Assembly: GCA_043750125.1 (NCBI GenBank)
Contig: JAYVCD010000032.1
Coordinates: 1 to 26,326 of the forward strand
Direction: 5' to 3'
DNA length: 26,326 nt
Source of the DNA: Archangiaceae bacterium
GTDB taxonomy: Bacteria; Myxococcota; Myxococcia; Myxococcales; Myxococcaceae
How positions within the stretch are numbered: the stretch's first letter is position 1; each line of letters begins with the position of its first letter. The position numbers and the translations under genes are program-made. A model generated the notes under the pieces. That model made no database searches and was not told the origin of the DNA. It worked only from the letters and a program-made list of their open reading frames with translations. Below, in pieces: positions 1-8,744 of the stretch.

Positions 1-1028
1 GGAGTGTCCAGGGACAGCGTGCCCGAGGTGGCCTGCGCGCCCGAGGTCGAGGTCCAGAACACGACTCCGCCGGTCGAGAGCTCGACGAGGTCGGCGTTCA
101 GCGTGGTCCAGGTCAGGACGAACTTCTGGCCCGTCGTCGCGTACTCAGGAGCGGTGAACGTCTTGATCTCGGGCAGGTTCGACAACACCACGCTCACCGT
201 TTGCGTCACCGTCGGGCCCGCGCCTTCCACCGAAAGGGTGTACGGGACCACCGTCCCCAGAGGGGAATTGGGCAGGGTGGTCACCGACGAGCCATCGGCC
301 ATCTTCGCCGGGTCGGTCTCGGTCAACAGCGCCGGTCGACCCGGGGTGGTGAGGATGACCTTGCCGGCTCCGGTGGTCTTCCACGCGAGGGTGACTGCTT
401 CTCCCGGCAGCGACAGGCTCTTGCTGACGGTGAAGCTGACCACCGCCTGCTCGACCGCCACGGTCGCCTGCTTCAAAAAGCCATCGGCGTTGAGGGTGTA
501 GAGCGTGGTCCCCGTGGGCTTGACCTCGACCGAGCCCAGCTCGCCCTGTCCCTTCAAATCGATCGCCGTCCCGCCGGCGGGAGTAATCGTGATCACCCGG
601 GCTCCCGGAGCGTTCCAGACCAGCGTCGCCGCGCCTCCGGCCGAAATGACTTCGGGCAGCGCTGCGAACGAAGCCTTCCCCGCACCGCCCTCGAGCCCGA
701 CAGTCACCAACGCCGTCGCCTTCACCCCGCGCTTGTTGAAGGCCGAAAGGACGAACAGGGTGTCCGCGTCGATCGTGACTTCGATTGAGCCCGCCGCTTT
801 GTCGTCGACTCCGCTGACCGGGCCCGCGCCCACTTTCACGATTTCGACCGTGAGCGCGTCTGCGGTGTCCCAGGCCAAGGTGACCTTGGTGCCCTTGGCG
901 ACCCGCCCCACCGACGCGGTGAAGCTGTGGATCGACGGGGGGCTGGGCAGCGGGTCGAGCTTCGAGCCGTTGTTGCAACCGGCCAGAGCCAGCGCGAGGA
1001 AGACCAACCTGAGTTTGTTGAAGTTCAT
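1..1028 (-). CDS. Large surface lipoprotein with Ig-like repeats, paralog of the upstream gene; 3' end runs off the window
   Basis: Not in the ORF track because it has no stop in the window. ATG at 1028 with GAGGA RBS. Translates MNFNKLRLVFLALALAGCNNGSKLDPLPSPPSIHSFTASVGRVAKGTKVTLAWDT..., with an LAGC lipobox and repeated PxIxxFxA...LxWxT units. Confidence 0.85.
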   Translation of the reverse strand, partial: MNFNKLRLVFLALALAGCNNGSKLDPLPSPPSIHSFTASVGRVAKGTKVTLAWDTADALTVEIVKVGAGPVSGVDDKAAGSIEVTIDADTLFVLSAFNKRGVKATALVTVGLEGGAGKASFAALPEVISAGGAATLVWNAPGARVITITPAGGTAIDLKGQGELGSVEVKPTGTTLYTLNADGFLKQATVAVEQAVVSFTVSKSLSLPGEAVTLAWKTTGAGKVILTTPGRPALLTETDPAKMADGSSVTTLPNSPLGTVVPYTLSVEGAGPTVTQTVSVVLSNLPEIKTFTAPEYATTGQKFVLTWTTLNADLVELSTGGVVFWTSTSGAQATSGTLSLDT

Positions 1029-1044
1029 GGGTAGGGTCCTCGGG

Positions 1045-4000
1045 TTACGGCTTGGGAGTGAAGCGATACGCGGTGTTCGGCTCGATCACCGCCGCGTTGA
1101 CTCCAATCGGCAGCGCCGCCGCGCCCGTCTTCTGCTCGAGCCAGATGGTCGAGCTGTTGCCATTGGCGTAGTTCGCGGTGCCGCCACTGACCATCTGCGC
1201 GTAGTGGTACTCGATGACCCCGGTGTCGAAGAGCTTCACCTGGAAGTTCAAGTCGTCGGCGGCCAACCAGTGCTCGTAGTGGTTCCACTGAATGATCCAG
1301 TGTGCGCCCGGGTTCGCGGGGTCGACGCCCGCCGAAATGCGCTTCGAGTAGACGTTGCTGTTGGGCAGGGCCGACGAGTCGAGGTCGTCCCAGAAGACGG
1401 CCAACGAGCCTTTGGTCGTTGCCGAGGTGCTGGGGGTCGTGCGGTTGCTGGTCCCTGAGTCGGTGGTCGTGCTGTCGAAGACCACGAAGCCATTGGTCGA
1501 CGCCTTGAGCGCCATCGCCGGGGTCTTGAAGAACGGAAAAGGCGCGGACGAAATGTCGAGCGTGCCCAACGCGCTGTCCCCGGCGGTGAGCACCGTGCCG
1601 GTGGTCGAGATGTCGAAGTAGCTGACCTGAGTTGCTTCCAGCGTGTACTCGAAGCAGCTCTCGTTGGCCTTCCCGGGCGTGCCGACCGACATCACCGCCA
1701 CCCCGTATTTCTGGGTCCGGGTGCAGGCCAGCGTTCCCAGCGCGGTGTCCAGCTGCACCGATTCGGCCGCGACCGCCGTGGTCCAGGTCAGCTTGCTGAT
1801 TTCGAAGGGCGAGGCGCCCGGAATCAGCAGCCGCACCCCGTCGCCCGCGCCGGTGAAGGCCACGTCGGTGCCGTAGGCCACCGTCACCGTCGCTTCGCCA
1901 TTCTGCGTCGGGTCCACCGACTGACCCAGCACCAGATACCCCTTGGCCGGGATGAGCGTGCCCTCGGGCAGCAAATAGCCCGGAGTCGGCACCAGCGTCG
2001 CGACCAGCTGCAGCCCCGAGACGTCGAGCTCCACCGACTGGGGGTTGTACAGCTCGACGTATTGCCCCATCGGCGCGGCCGGGTCGGGCAGCGGCATCGC
2101 CTCGTTGATCCGCACGCTGTTGAGCCCGAACACCCGGACCGGAATGCTGACGTAGACGTAGCCGCCGCCCGCCGTCTTGTAGAAGAAGCCGGGAGTCACG
2201 CCGGTGGTGCCGACCTTCAACATCGCGGTTCCGCTCGCGGCGCCCTGGGTGAACCACGACAGTTCCTGGCCCTCGATCAGTGGAACGGTGCCGTTGTACG
2301 AGTATTGACCCGCGAAGCTCGTCGCCCCGGCGAATACTCCGATCGTCGCGCTCTGCCCCTGGGCGGCCGTCGTCGCCGAGTCGACCAGGGTCTTGTAGAT
2401 GAACCGCATTTCGCCGGTCTCGAACAGCTGAACCTGGAACGTCAGAGTGCTTCCCGCATCGCCGAGGATGTTCACCTTGTTCCACTGCACGATCAGCCGG
2501 CGGGGAAACGCAGTTCCTTCCAGCGCCCAGAACACTTCCCCGTTGGTCCCCAGGTCCAGGTTGTCCCAGAACGGCGCAATCAGCGGCACCGTCGGCAGCC
2601 CGGTCGTCGCCTTCAGGTCCACATTCGAGCTCAACGCCAGGGCCGCCGGGGCGAGGGCCAGGAAGCCGTTGACCCCCGCGGTGAAGGTCCCAAAGCTGGT
2701 CGCGATGAACGGGAACTTGTAGCCCTGCGGCACGGTGAAGGCCGCCGTGCCATCGCTGCGATCGGCGAAGTACAGCTTCTTTGCCTCGCTCAAATTTTCG
2801 AGATCGAAGAAGTCCGGCGACGTTCCCGTGACCTGCACCGTCTCGGACGGGATCCCGATGACTTCCGTCTGGTCCAGCGTCGACACGTCCCAGGTGAGCT
2901 GCACCGTGGTGTTGGGCGAGGTCGGGTTGGGGGTCGCGCTCGCCGTCGCGGGCGACATCACGCTCACCGTCCGTTCGAACGAGTCTTTGTCGCCCGCGGC
3001 GTTGTAGGCCTCGAGCACGTAGGTGGTATCGCGCGCCGGGTTGACCGTGGCCGTGCCCGCCGTGACCCGTGCGGCCGTCGAGGTGGTGAAGACCGCCGGC
3101 CCGTTCTTGATTCGCAGCACCAGCAACGTTGCGTTCGAGGTGGTCCACATCGCGCCCGCCGCATTGCCCGCGGCCATCACCGAAGCGGGCAGGGTGAAGG
3201 TCGAAATCTTCGCGGGCTTGACTGCTTTCACTACCTGGGACTGCGAGACCGTCAGCCCGAGGTAGTCGAACGCCACCACGGTCACTTCGGTGTCGGCGGT
3301 AATTCCCGGCAGCACCAGGCTTCCGGTCGCCAACGCCGGCGGCACCGTCGCGTAGACCGGCAGGCCGTCGAGCAGAATCTGAGCCCGGAACGCGCTCGCC
3401 TTCCAGCTCACGGTGAAGGGTCGGCTCTCAGAGACTGCAGCCGGAACATCGAAGCTGTTGATCATCGGGCCATCGCGCACCACCGACGAAAGCGCGGCGG
3501 TGACGACCTGCATCGGCGAGTTGGAAGTGGCGGTGAGGGTGAAGCGCAGCGGAAAATTGTCGGGCACCAGCGAGCCAGAGCCTGCGTCGGCGGGCCCACC
3601 GAAGTTCGTCGGGACGAGGAAGTCGTGGGTCCCGGTGGCCACATCGGTCGCGGTCGCGACGAGCTCGCCGAAGGTCTCTTCTTTGATCGCCACGCTGTCC
3701 GCGCCCGCGGTGCGCCACTGCAGCTGAATCTTCTGACCCTGGCGCGCGGCGGGAGGCGAGGCGCTGAATTCCTTGATCACCGGCCGCACCGTCACCCGGG
3801 CGGTGGCGCTCATCACTCCGGTCGGCCCGTCGGCGCGCAGGGTCCAGGTGGTCGTCTTCTCGGGCACGGCGCTCTTCGTCCCTGTTTCCTCGGTGGACAC
3901 CGTCGTTCCCGAGCTGTCCTTGATGCTGATGTGGGTGCCACCCAGAGCGCTCCACACCAGCTCGACGCTCTCGCCCGAGGCGATCTCGGTGGGGACTGCG

Positions 4001-4365
4001 ATCAAGAACACCTGCTTCAGCCCCTCGTTCACCGCCACCTGCACGAACGCGCTGTCTTTGCCGCCGTCCCCGCTGACCCTCAGGACGTAAAACGACGTCT
4101 TCGTCGGCATGACCGTCGCCGAGCCCTCTGCGACGCTTCCGGTAATCGGAATCGACGTCCCACTTTGATCGATGAGGGAAAAGTCGTTGGCACCCTCGGT
4201 GGTGAACGAGAGCTTCACGGCGTCGCCGGTGCTGACGGTCGAGAGGTCCGCTGAGAAGGTCTTGATCACCGGAGGGGCCGGAGGAGGGGGCCCGACTCGG
4301 GTGGAGTTGCACGCGGCGGTGAAAAGAAGGGCAAGGGCGGCGAGCGCCCTGAGCGAAACCTTCAT
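1045..4365 (-). CDS. 1106-aa lipoprotein: about 6 Ig-like repeats, NIDO-like domain, lamin tail domain (LTD), second NIDO-like domain
   Basis: AGGAG RBS; FTAAC lipobox followed by a Pro-rich linker; repeats PVIKTFSA / PVIKEFSA / PMINSFDV / AKISTFTL; NIDO-like motifs IAPFWDNLD and LAVFWDDLD; LTD signature VRINEAMP...QYVELYNP...LDVSGLQL. Confidence 0.85.
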   Translation of the reverse strand: MKVSLRALAALALLFTAACNSTRVGPPPPAPPVIKTFSADLSTVSTGDAVKLSFTTEGANDFSLIDQSGTSIPITGSVAEGSATVMPTKTSFYVLRVSGDGGKDSAFVQVAVNEGLKQVFLIAVPTEIASGESVELVWSALGGTHISIKDSSGTTVSTEETGTKSAVPEKTTTWTLRADGPTGVMSATARVTVRPVIKEFSASPPAARQGQKIQLQWRTAGADSVAIKEETFGELVATATDVATGTHDFLVPTNFGGPADAGSGSLVPDNFPLRFTLTATSNSPMQVVTAALSSVVRDGPMINSFDVPAAVSESRPFTVSWKASAFRAQILLDGLPVYATVPPALATGSLVLPGITADTEVTVVAFDYLGLTVSQSQVVKAVKPAKISTFTLPASVMAAGNAAGAMWTTSNATLLVLRIKNGPAVFTTSTAARVTAGTATVNPARDTTYVLEAYNAAGDKDSFERTVSVMSPATASATPNPTSPNTTVQLTWDVSTLDQTEVIGIPSETVQVTGTSPDFFDLENLSEAKKLYFADRSDGTAAFTVPQGYKFPFIATSFGTFTAGVNGFLALAPAALALSSNVDLKATTGLPTVPLIAPFWDNLDLGTNGEVFWALEGTAFPRRLIVQWNKVNILGDAGSTLTFQVQLFETGEMRFIYKTLVDSATTAAQGQSATIGVFAGATSFAGQYSYNGTVPLIEGQELSWFTQGAASGTAMLKVGTTGVTPGFFYKTAGGGYVYVSIPVRVFGLNSVRINEAMPLPDPAAPMGQYVELYNPQSVELDVSGLQLVATLVPTPGYLLPEGTLIPAKGYLVLGQSVDPTQNGEATVTVAYGTDVAFTGAGDGVRLLIPGASPFEISKLTWTTAVAAESVQLDTALGTLACTRTQKYGVAVMSVGTPGKANESCFEYTLEATQVSYFDISTTGTVLTAGDSALGTLDISSAPFPFFKTPAMALKASTNGFVVFDSTTTDSGTSNRTTPSTSATTKGSLAVFWDDLDSSALPNSNVYSKRISAGVDPANPGAHWIIQWNHYEHWLAADDLNFQVKLFDTGVIEYHYAQMVSGGTANYANGNSSTIWLEQKTGAAALPIGVNAAVIEPNTAYRFTPKP

Positions 4366-4473
4366 TGAGCAAACTCCTGTGACGCGTGGGGTGCGGGGTT
4401 CTTAAATGAGGGTCGGTCGGGGGGCAACCGGTCGGGACGGGTCCCCCTTTGGCACCGAACGGCCCGCGGAGTC

Positions 4474-5247
4474 CTAGAAAGTCACGCCCAGGCTTCCGCC
4501 GATGAAGGTGTCGTCGATGTAGCCCCGACGAAAACGCGTCACTTCGATCCGAAAGCTCAACCGAAGCCCGTTCTGCGCCTCGGCATAGTCCGCGTTGGCC
4601 CCACCCTTCCGGGCCCAGGTGATGACCAGCGGCCGAAAGCGAAGCCCGAGGCCGTATTGGATCAGCAGCTTGTTGCCGACCACCGAAGTCGAGGCCTGGT
4701 TGATCACAATCACCGATGGGTTGAAGGCCAGGCCCACCCCGAGCTGTACGAAAAACGCAGCGGGTAGCTTCCCGAACGGAATCGAGAACGCGGGGGCGAA
4801 GGAAAAGAAATGGTAGTTGCTGGTGGCGTTGACCTCGGTGGTGCCTTCGCCCGCCGCCGCGTGGGTCCACGTCAGATCGACGAAGAGCAATTCGCGAAAC
4901 CACTCGTCGGAAAAGAACGTGCGGCTCAGCTCCCAGGTGAAGCGCACCCCCGCCATTCCCTTCGGCTCGAACAGCGCGCCCCGGCTCGAGTCGAGCAGCA
5001 ACACGCCCCCGACGAGCTCCAGCGACAGTCCGATGCTCGGGTCATCGATTGCCGCCAGCGAGCGACCGCGATCCTTCGATTCGACTTCCGTCTCTTCGCG
5101 CTGATCGGTCGAAGACTCCGAGCCTTTTGGAAGCTCGCGACGATCGCGATCGTCCTGGCTGTGATCGTCCGAGTACGGAATCGCCCCTTCGTCCTTCTGG
5201 GCGTGGGCCACCGAAGCGGCCAGCAGTACGACGCAGAAGACCCTCAT
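4474..5247 (-). CDS. Putative outer-membrane beta-barrel protein (257 aa)
   Basis: Start ATG at 5247 overlaps the upstream stop (ATGA). Signal peptide MRVFCVVLLAASVAHA, acidic linker, alternating amphipathic strands, and C-terminal GGSLGVTF ending in Phe (BAM-type signal). Confidence 0.7.
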   Translation of the reverse strand: MRVFCVVLLAASVAHAQKDEGAIPYSDDHSQDDRDRRELPKGSESSTDQREETEVESKDRGRSLAAIDDPSIGLSLELVGGVLLLDSSRGALFEPKGMAGVRFTWELSRTFFSDEWFRELLFVDLTWTHAAAGEGTTEVNATSNYHFFSFAPAFSIPFGKLPAAFFVQLGVGLAFNPSVIVINQASTSVVGNKLLIQYGLGLRFRPLVITWARKGGANADYAEAQNGLRLSFRIEVTRFRRGYIDDTFIGGSLGVTF

Positions 5248-6509
5248 TGCGGGGGAAGAACGGGGCAGGACGTGCCCTTGGTCGCTGAGTCGCACGCCGG
5301 AACCGCGTCGCACGGAAACGAGGGGCACTCAGCCAATTGGAGCCGATCGCTCAGCTGCTTGCAGACCTGCCTCTTCAAATCGAGATCCGAAATGTGAATC
5401 GCGATCGTGTTCACCATCAGCTCGGGGGTGAAGGCCTGCTGGGTCTGCAGGTTCAGGTTGATCACCTGGCGAAAACCGGGCTTGGCGGCGCTGGGGTCAT
5501 CGAGAGACTCGATCAGCGCTTTCTGCATCACGTCCTCTTTCCCCAGCGGAGCCGACGCCTGGTACAGCGAAGTCGCGATCAAGGTTCCAATCTTGTATTG
5601 CAAGCCGGGGCGAGTGAACTGGGTGGGCTGGAAGTTGTTGAACGCGCTTCGCAGCTCGGCGGTCATGCAGTGCGTGGCGTCGGCGATGTTGCGCGCGGCG
5701 AGGACGTCTTTGTCCGCGATCGAAGCGGACAGGAAAGAGGGAAGGCAGCCCGAGCCCGACGCGGCCGTGGTGCAGGTCACCCCGTAGCCATGGAAGTCGG
5801 CGAACCCTTCGTCCATCGACTTGAGCAGGTTGAAGGGCGCCAGGGACCAGGTGACGAGGGGCAACGGCAGCGCAGCGCCCTCGTAGACCTTCTTGTTGAA
5901 CACCAGGTGCGCGAACTCATGACCGATGACGCCGATGTTCAAAGACAACGGTACCTTCTGGAACTTTTCGAACGGGAGGACCATGAATGAGCCCACCGTC
6001 GAGAGAAAGATCGCGTTGTCCCGCTGATCGAGGTCCGAAAGGCCCGTCAGATCCTTGAACCCCGCCCAATAGAAAACGCGGATGTTCTTCAGCTCTTCGG
6101 TCGATTTGCCGTTGTAGATCTTCTGGTAGTAGGCGAACGCCTGCTCGTAATTGTAATAGGTGGTGGTCATCGCCCACGAGTGGAAGTCCGCGGGCCAAAG
6201 CACTCCGCTTTTGTCGACGAAGCTGGCCCGCACCGACTGGCCCTTGTTCTTCATCATCAGCTCGAACAGTTGCTCGTTGGTTGCGCCCGCAGGCGGGTCT
6301 TCGGCGGGGATCTCGATCTGCGCGCCCCCGACCAACGTCAGCAGGCTGCCCGTCATGTGGACGATCGAATCGGCCGTCGTGATCTCGACCTGCCGCGTGT
6401 CGTAGGTCCCGGTGCGGTTGGGGACGATCGCCATCACCTTCACCGGGCTGGTCACCGCCGGCTCGCACGCCGCGAGGAGGACGACGCCGCACAGCGCTCG
6501 AAATCTCAT
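5244..6509 (-). CDS. Lipoprotein zinc metallopeptidase, gluzincin (M4/M36-like)
   Basis: LLAAC lipobox; GHEFAH (HExxH at 5907-5921) with downstream DEGFADF supplying a third-ligand Glu; upstream DNAIF resembles the thermolysin NAFW motif; Cys-rich C-terminus. Confidence 0.75.
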   Translation of the reverse strand: MRFRALCGVVLLAACEPAVTSPVKVMAIVPNRTGTYDTRQVEITTADSIVHMTGSLLTLVGGAQIEIPAEDPPAGATNEQLFELMMKNKGQSVRASFVDKSGVLWPADFHSWAMTTTYYNYEQAFAYYQKIYNGKSTEELKNIRVFYWAGFKDLTGLSDLDQRDNAIFLSTVGSFMVLPFEKFQKVPLSLNIGVIGHEFAHLVFNKKVYEGAALPLPLVTWSLAPFNLLKSMDEGFADFHGYGVTCTTAASGSGCLPSFLSASIADKDVLAARNIADATHCMTAELRSAFNNFQPTQFTRPGLQYKIGTLIATSLYQASAPLGKEDVMQKALIESLDDPSAAKPGFRQVINLNLQTQQAFTPELMVNTIAIHISDLDLKRQVCKQLSDRLQLAECPSFPCDAVPACDSATKGTSCPVLPPQ

Positions 6510-6609
6510 CCGGCGCTTTTACTACGGCTTTTTCAGCACTGTCCTGTTCGACCGGACCCTCGTCCGCAATCGTTGCGGTCGAGATTATCCCCCGGTAGGA
6601 CCTCGCCCC

Positions 6610-8487
6610 ATGACGAGCCAGTTCATCACCCAGCTGAAGCGGACCCATTCGTGCGGCGCAGTGCGCGCATCCAACATCGGCGAAGAGGTCATTCTCTTTG
6701 GTTGGGTTCAGTTCCGTCGCGACCACGGAAGCCTGGTGTTCATCGACCTGCGCGATCGCGACGGCCTCACCCAGATCGTCTTCGACCCCGATCTTTCCAA
6801 AGAGGCCCACACCCTCGCCGAACAGATGCGCAGCGAGTGGGTGATCGGCATCCGCGGCAAGGTCCGCTCGCGCGGTCAGCAGTTCTCGAAGAAGGAAAAC
6901 AAGCTCGTCGCCGCCACCAACCCCAACCTGGCCACCGGGGAAGTCGAAATCGAAGTGATCCAGGCGACGGTGTTCAACAAGGCCGAGACCCCCCCGTTCG
7001 AAATCCAGGACGCGACCACCACCAGCGAAGAAAAGCGGCTCGAGTTCCGGTACCTCGATCTGCGGCGCGCTCCACTGCAGAAGACGCTGATGACCCGCTC
7101 GAAGATGAACGCGCTCACCCGCTCGTACCTCGTCGACAACGGCTTTCTCGAGCTCGAGACCCCGTTCATGGGCAAGTACACCCCCGGCGGAGCCCGCAAC
7201 TTCCTCGTCCCCTCGCGGCTCAACCCCGGCAAGTTCTACGCGCTGGCCGAATCGCCCCAGCTCTACAAGCAGCTGTTCATGGTCGCCGGCTTCGACCGCT
7301 ACTTCCAGATCGTGAAGTGCTTCCGCGATGAAGATCTGCGCGTCGACCGCCAACCCGAGTTCACCCAGATCGACGTAGAGATGAGCTTCGTCTCTCAAGA
7401 CGACGTGTTCGCGATCATCGAAGGACTGATCAAGAAGCTCTGGAAAGAGGTGCTCGCGATTGACGTCCCGACTCCATTCCGGCGCATGGATTTCTACGAG
7501 TCGATGGACAAGTACGGGAACGACAAGCCTGACCTTCGCTTCGGGCTCGAGCACGTGCTGCTCACCGAGCTGATCAAAGAGCACGGCGTCGGCGGAGGCT
7601 TGCCGATGATGCTCGACGCGATCCAGAAAGACGGAATCGTCAAGGCGATGGTGCTTCCGGCTGCCTACGGAATGTCGCGCGCCGAATCGGACAAGCTCGA
7701 GGAATACGTCAAGGGCATGGGCGCCGGGGGCCTGGCCCGCGCGAAGCTCAACGAGGCCGGCGAATGGACCCAGTCGCCCCTGAGCAAGACCATCTCGCCC
7801 GCACTGCGCGAGGCGATCAACGTCAAATGCGGCGCCAAGAACGGCGACCTGCTGCTCTTTCAGTTCGGCCGCCCCTCGCTGGTCCAGACGGTGATGGCCA
7901 ACCTGCGCGTCCACCTCGCCAAGAAGGTGAAGCTCATTCCCGAGTTCGGCTCGGGCGGAAACTGGAACTTCCTCTGGGTCGTCAACCCCCCGCTGTTCGA
8001 GTACGACGAAGAGAACAAGACCTGGGCCGCCGCCCACCACGCGTTCACCCGGCCCCACGACGACTGCGTCGAGCTGCTCGAGAAGGACCCCGGCAAGGTG
8101 CTGTGCTGGCGGTACGACGTCGTCCTCAACGGGTTCGAAATCGGAGGCGGCTCGATTCGCCTTCATGACCCGGCCGTGCAGTCGCGCGTCTTCACCGCGC
8201 TCGGGATCCCCGAGGCCGAAGCCCGGCAGAAGTTCGGCTTCCTGCTCGACGCGCTCAAGTTCGGTGCCCCGCCCCACGGGGGAATTGCGATCGGAATGGA
8301 CCGCCTGGCGATGTTGCTGTCCAACGCCGAGAGCCTGCGCGACGTGATCCCCTTCCCCAAGACGCAGAAGGGCACCGACCAGATGACCGGTGCTCCGGGC
8401 GAAGTCGATGAGCGCCAGCTGCGAGAGCTGCACGTGAAGGTCAACGCTCCACCCGCCCGCGTTTCCCCCCCCACCGAGACCCCATGA
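6610..8487 (+). CDS. aspS: Aspartate--tRNA ligase, likely non-discriminating Asp/Asn type (625 aa)
   Basis: KRTHSCG, RRDHGSLVFIDLRD, RLEFRYLDLRR, motif 2 CFRDEDLRVDRQPEFTQID, NGFEIGGGSIR and motif 3 PPHGGIAIGMDR. ATG at 6610 after AGGA. Confidence 0.98.
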   Translation: MTSQFITQLKRTHSCGAVRASNIGEEVILFGWVQFRRDHGSLVFIDLRDRDGLTQIVFDPDLSKEAHTLAEQMRSEWVIGIRGKVRSRGQQFSKKENKLVAATNPNLATGEVEIEVIQATVFNKAETPPFEIQDATTTSEEKRLEFRYLDLRRAPLQKTLMTRSKMNALTRSYLVDNGFLELETPFMGKYTPGGARNFLVPSRLNPGKFYALAESPQLYKQLFMVAGFDRYFQIVKCFRDEDLRVDRQPEFTQIDVEMSFVSQDDVFAIIEGLIKKLWKEVLAIDVPTPFRRMDFYESMDKYGNDKPDLRFGLEHVLLTELIKEHGVGGGLPMMLDAIQKDGIVKAMVLPAAYGMSRAESDKLEEYVKGMGAGGLARAKLNEAGEWTQSPLSKTISPALREAINVKCGAKNGDLLLFQFGRPSLVQTVMANLRVHLAKKVKLIPEFGSGGNWNFLWVVNPPLFEYDEENKTWAAAHHAFTRPHDDCVELLEKDPGKVLCWRYDVVLNGFEIGGGSIRLHDPAVQSRVFTALGIPEAEARQKFGFLLDALKFGAPPHGGIAIGMDRLAMLLSNAESLRDVIPFPKTQKGTDQMTGAPGEVDERQLRELHVKVNAPPARVSPPTETP

Positions 8488-8744
8488 AAAAAGGCATCAC
8501 GATCGTCGCCGCCGTCTGTTTTGGAGCCGCCTTCGGCGCCTGTGTCCGCAACGTGGTCAGCGATGCCCGCGCTCAGCCTTCCGCCGGCGGCACTCGGCTC
8601 GAGTACAAAGTGGTGGGCGCTTCGATGAGCGCGAGCGGCTACGAGAAAGATCTCAACGAGGCGGCGGCCGAGGGGTGGCGCTACTCCGGTTCGATCGGTC
8701 TGGGCGGCGCCAACTCCTTGCTTGTCGTCGAAAGAAACCGCTGA
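8484..8744 (+). CDS. Small exported DUF4177-like protein (86 aa)
   Basis: ATGA overlap with aspS; signal-like N-terminus; EYKVV...LNEAAAEGWRY...LVVER pattern typical of DUF4177. Confidence 0.65.
   Translation: MKKGITIVAAVCFGAAFGACVRNVVSDARAQPSAGGTRLEYKVVGASMSASGYEKDLNEAAAEGWRYSGSIGLGGANSLLVVERNR

Noticed and set aside
2062-4254. 730-aa plus-strand ORF and other long ORFs overlapping the large lipoprotein
   Set aside because: Antisense or alternate-frame shadows typical of high-GC DNA; Arg/Gly-rich with no motifs, while the minus-strand frame has a lipobox and recognisable domains.
5917-8433. 838-aa minus-strand ORF
   Set aside because: Antisense shadow of aspS.
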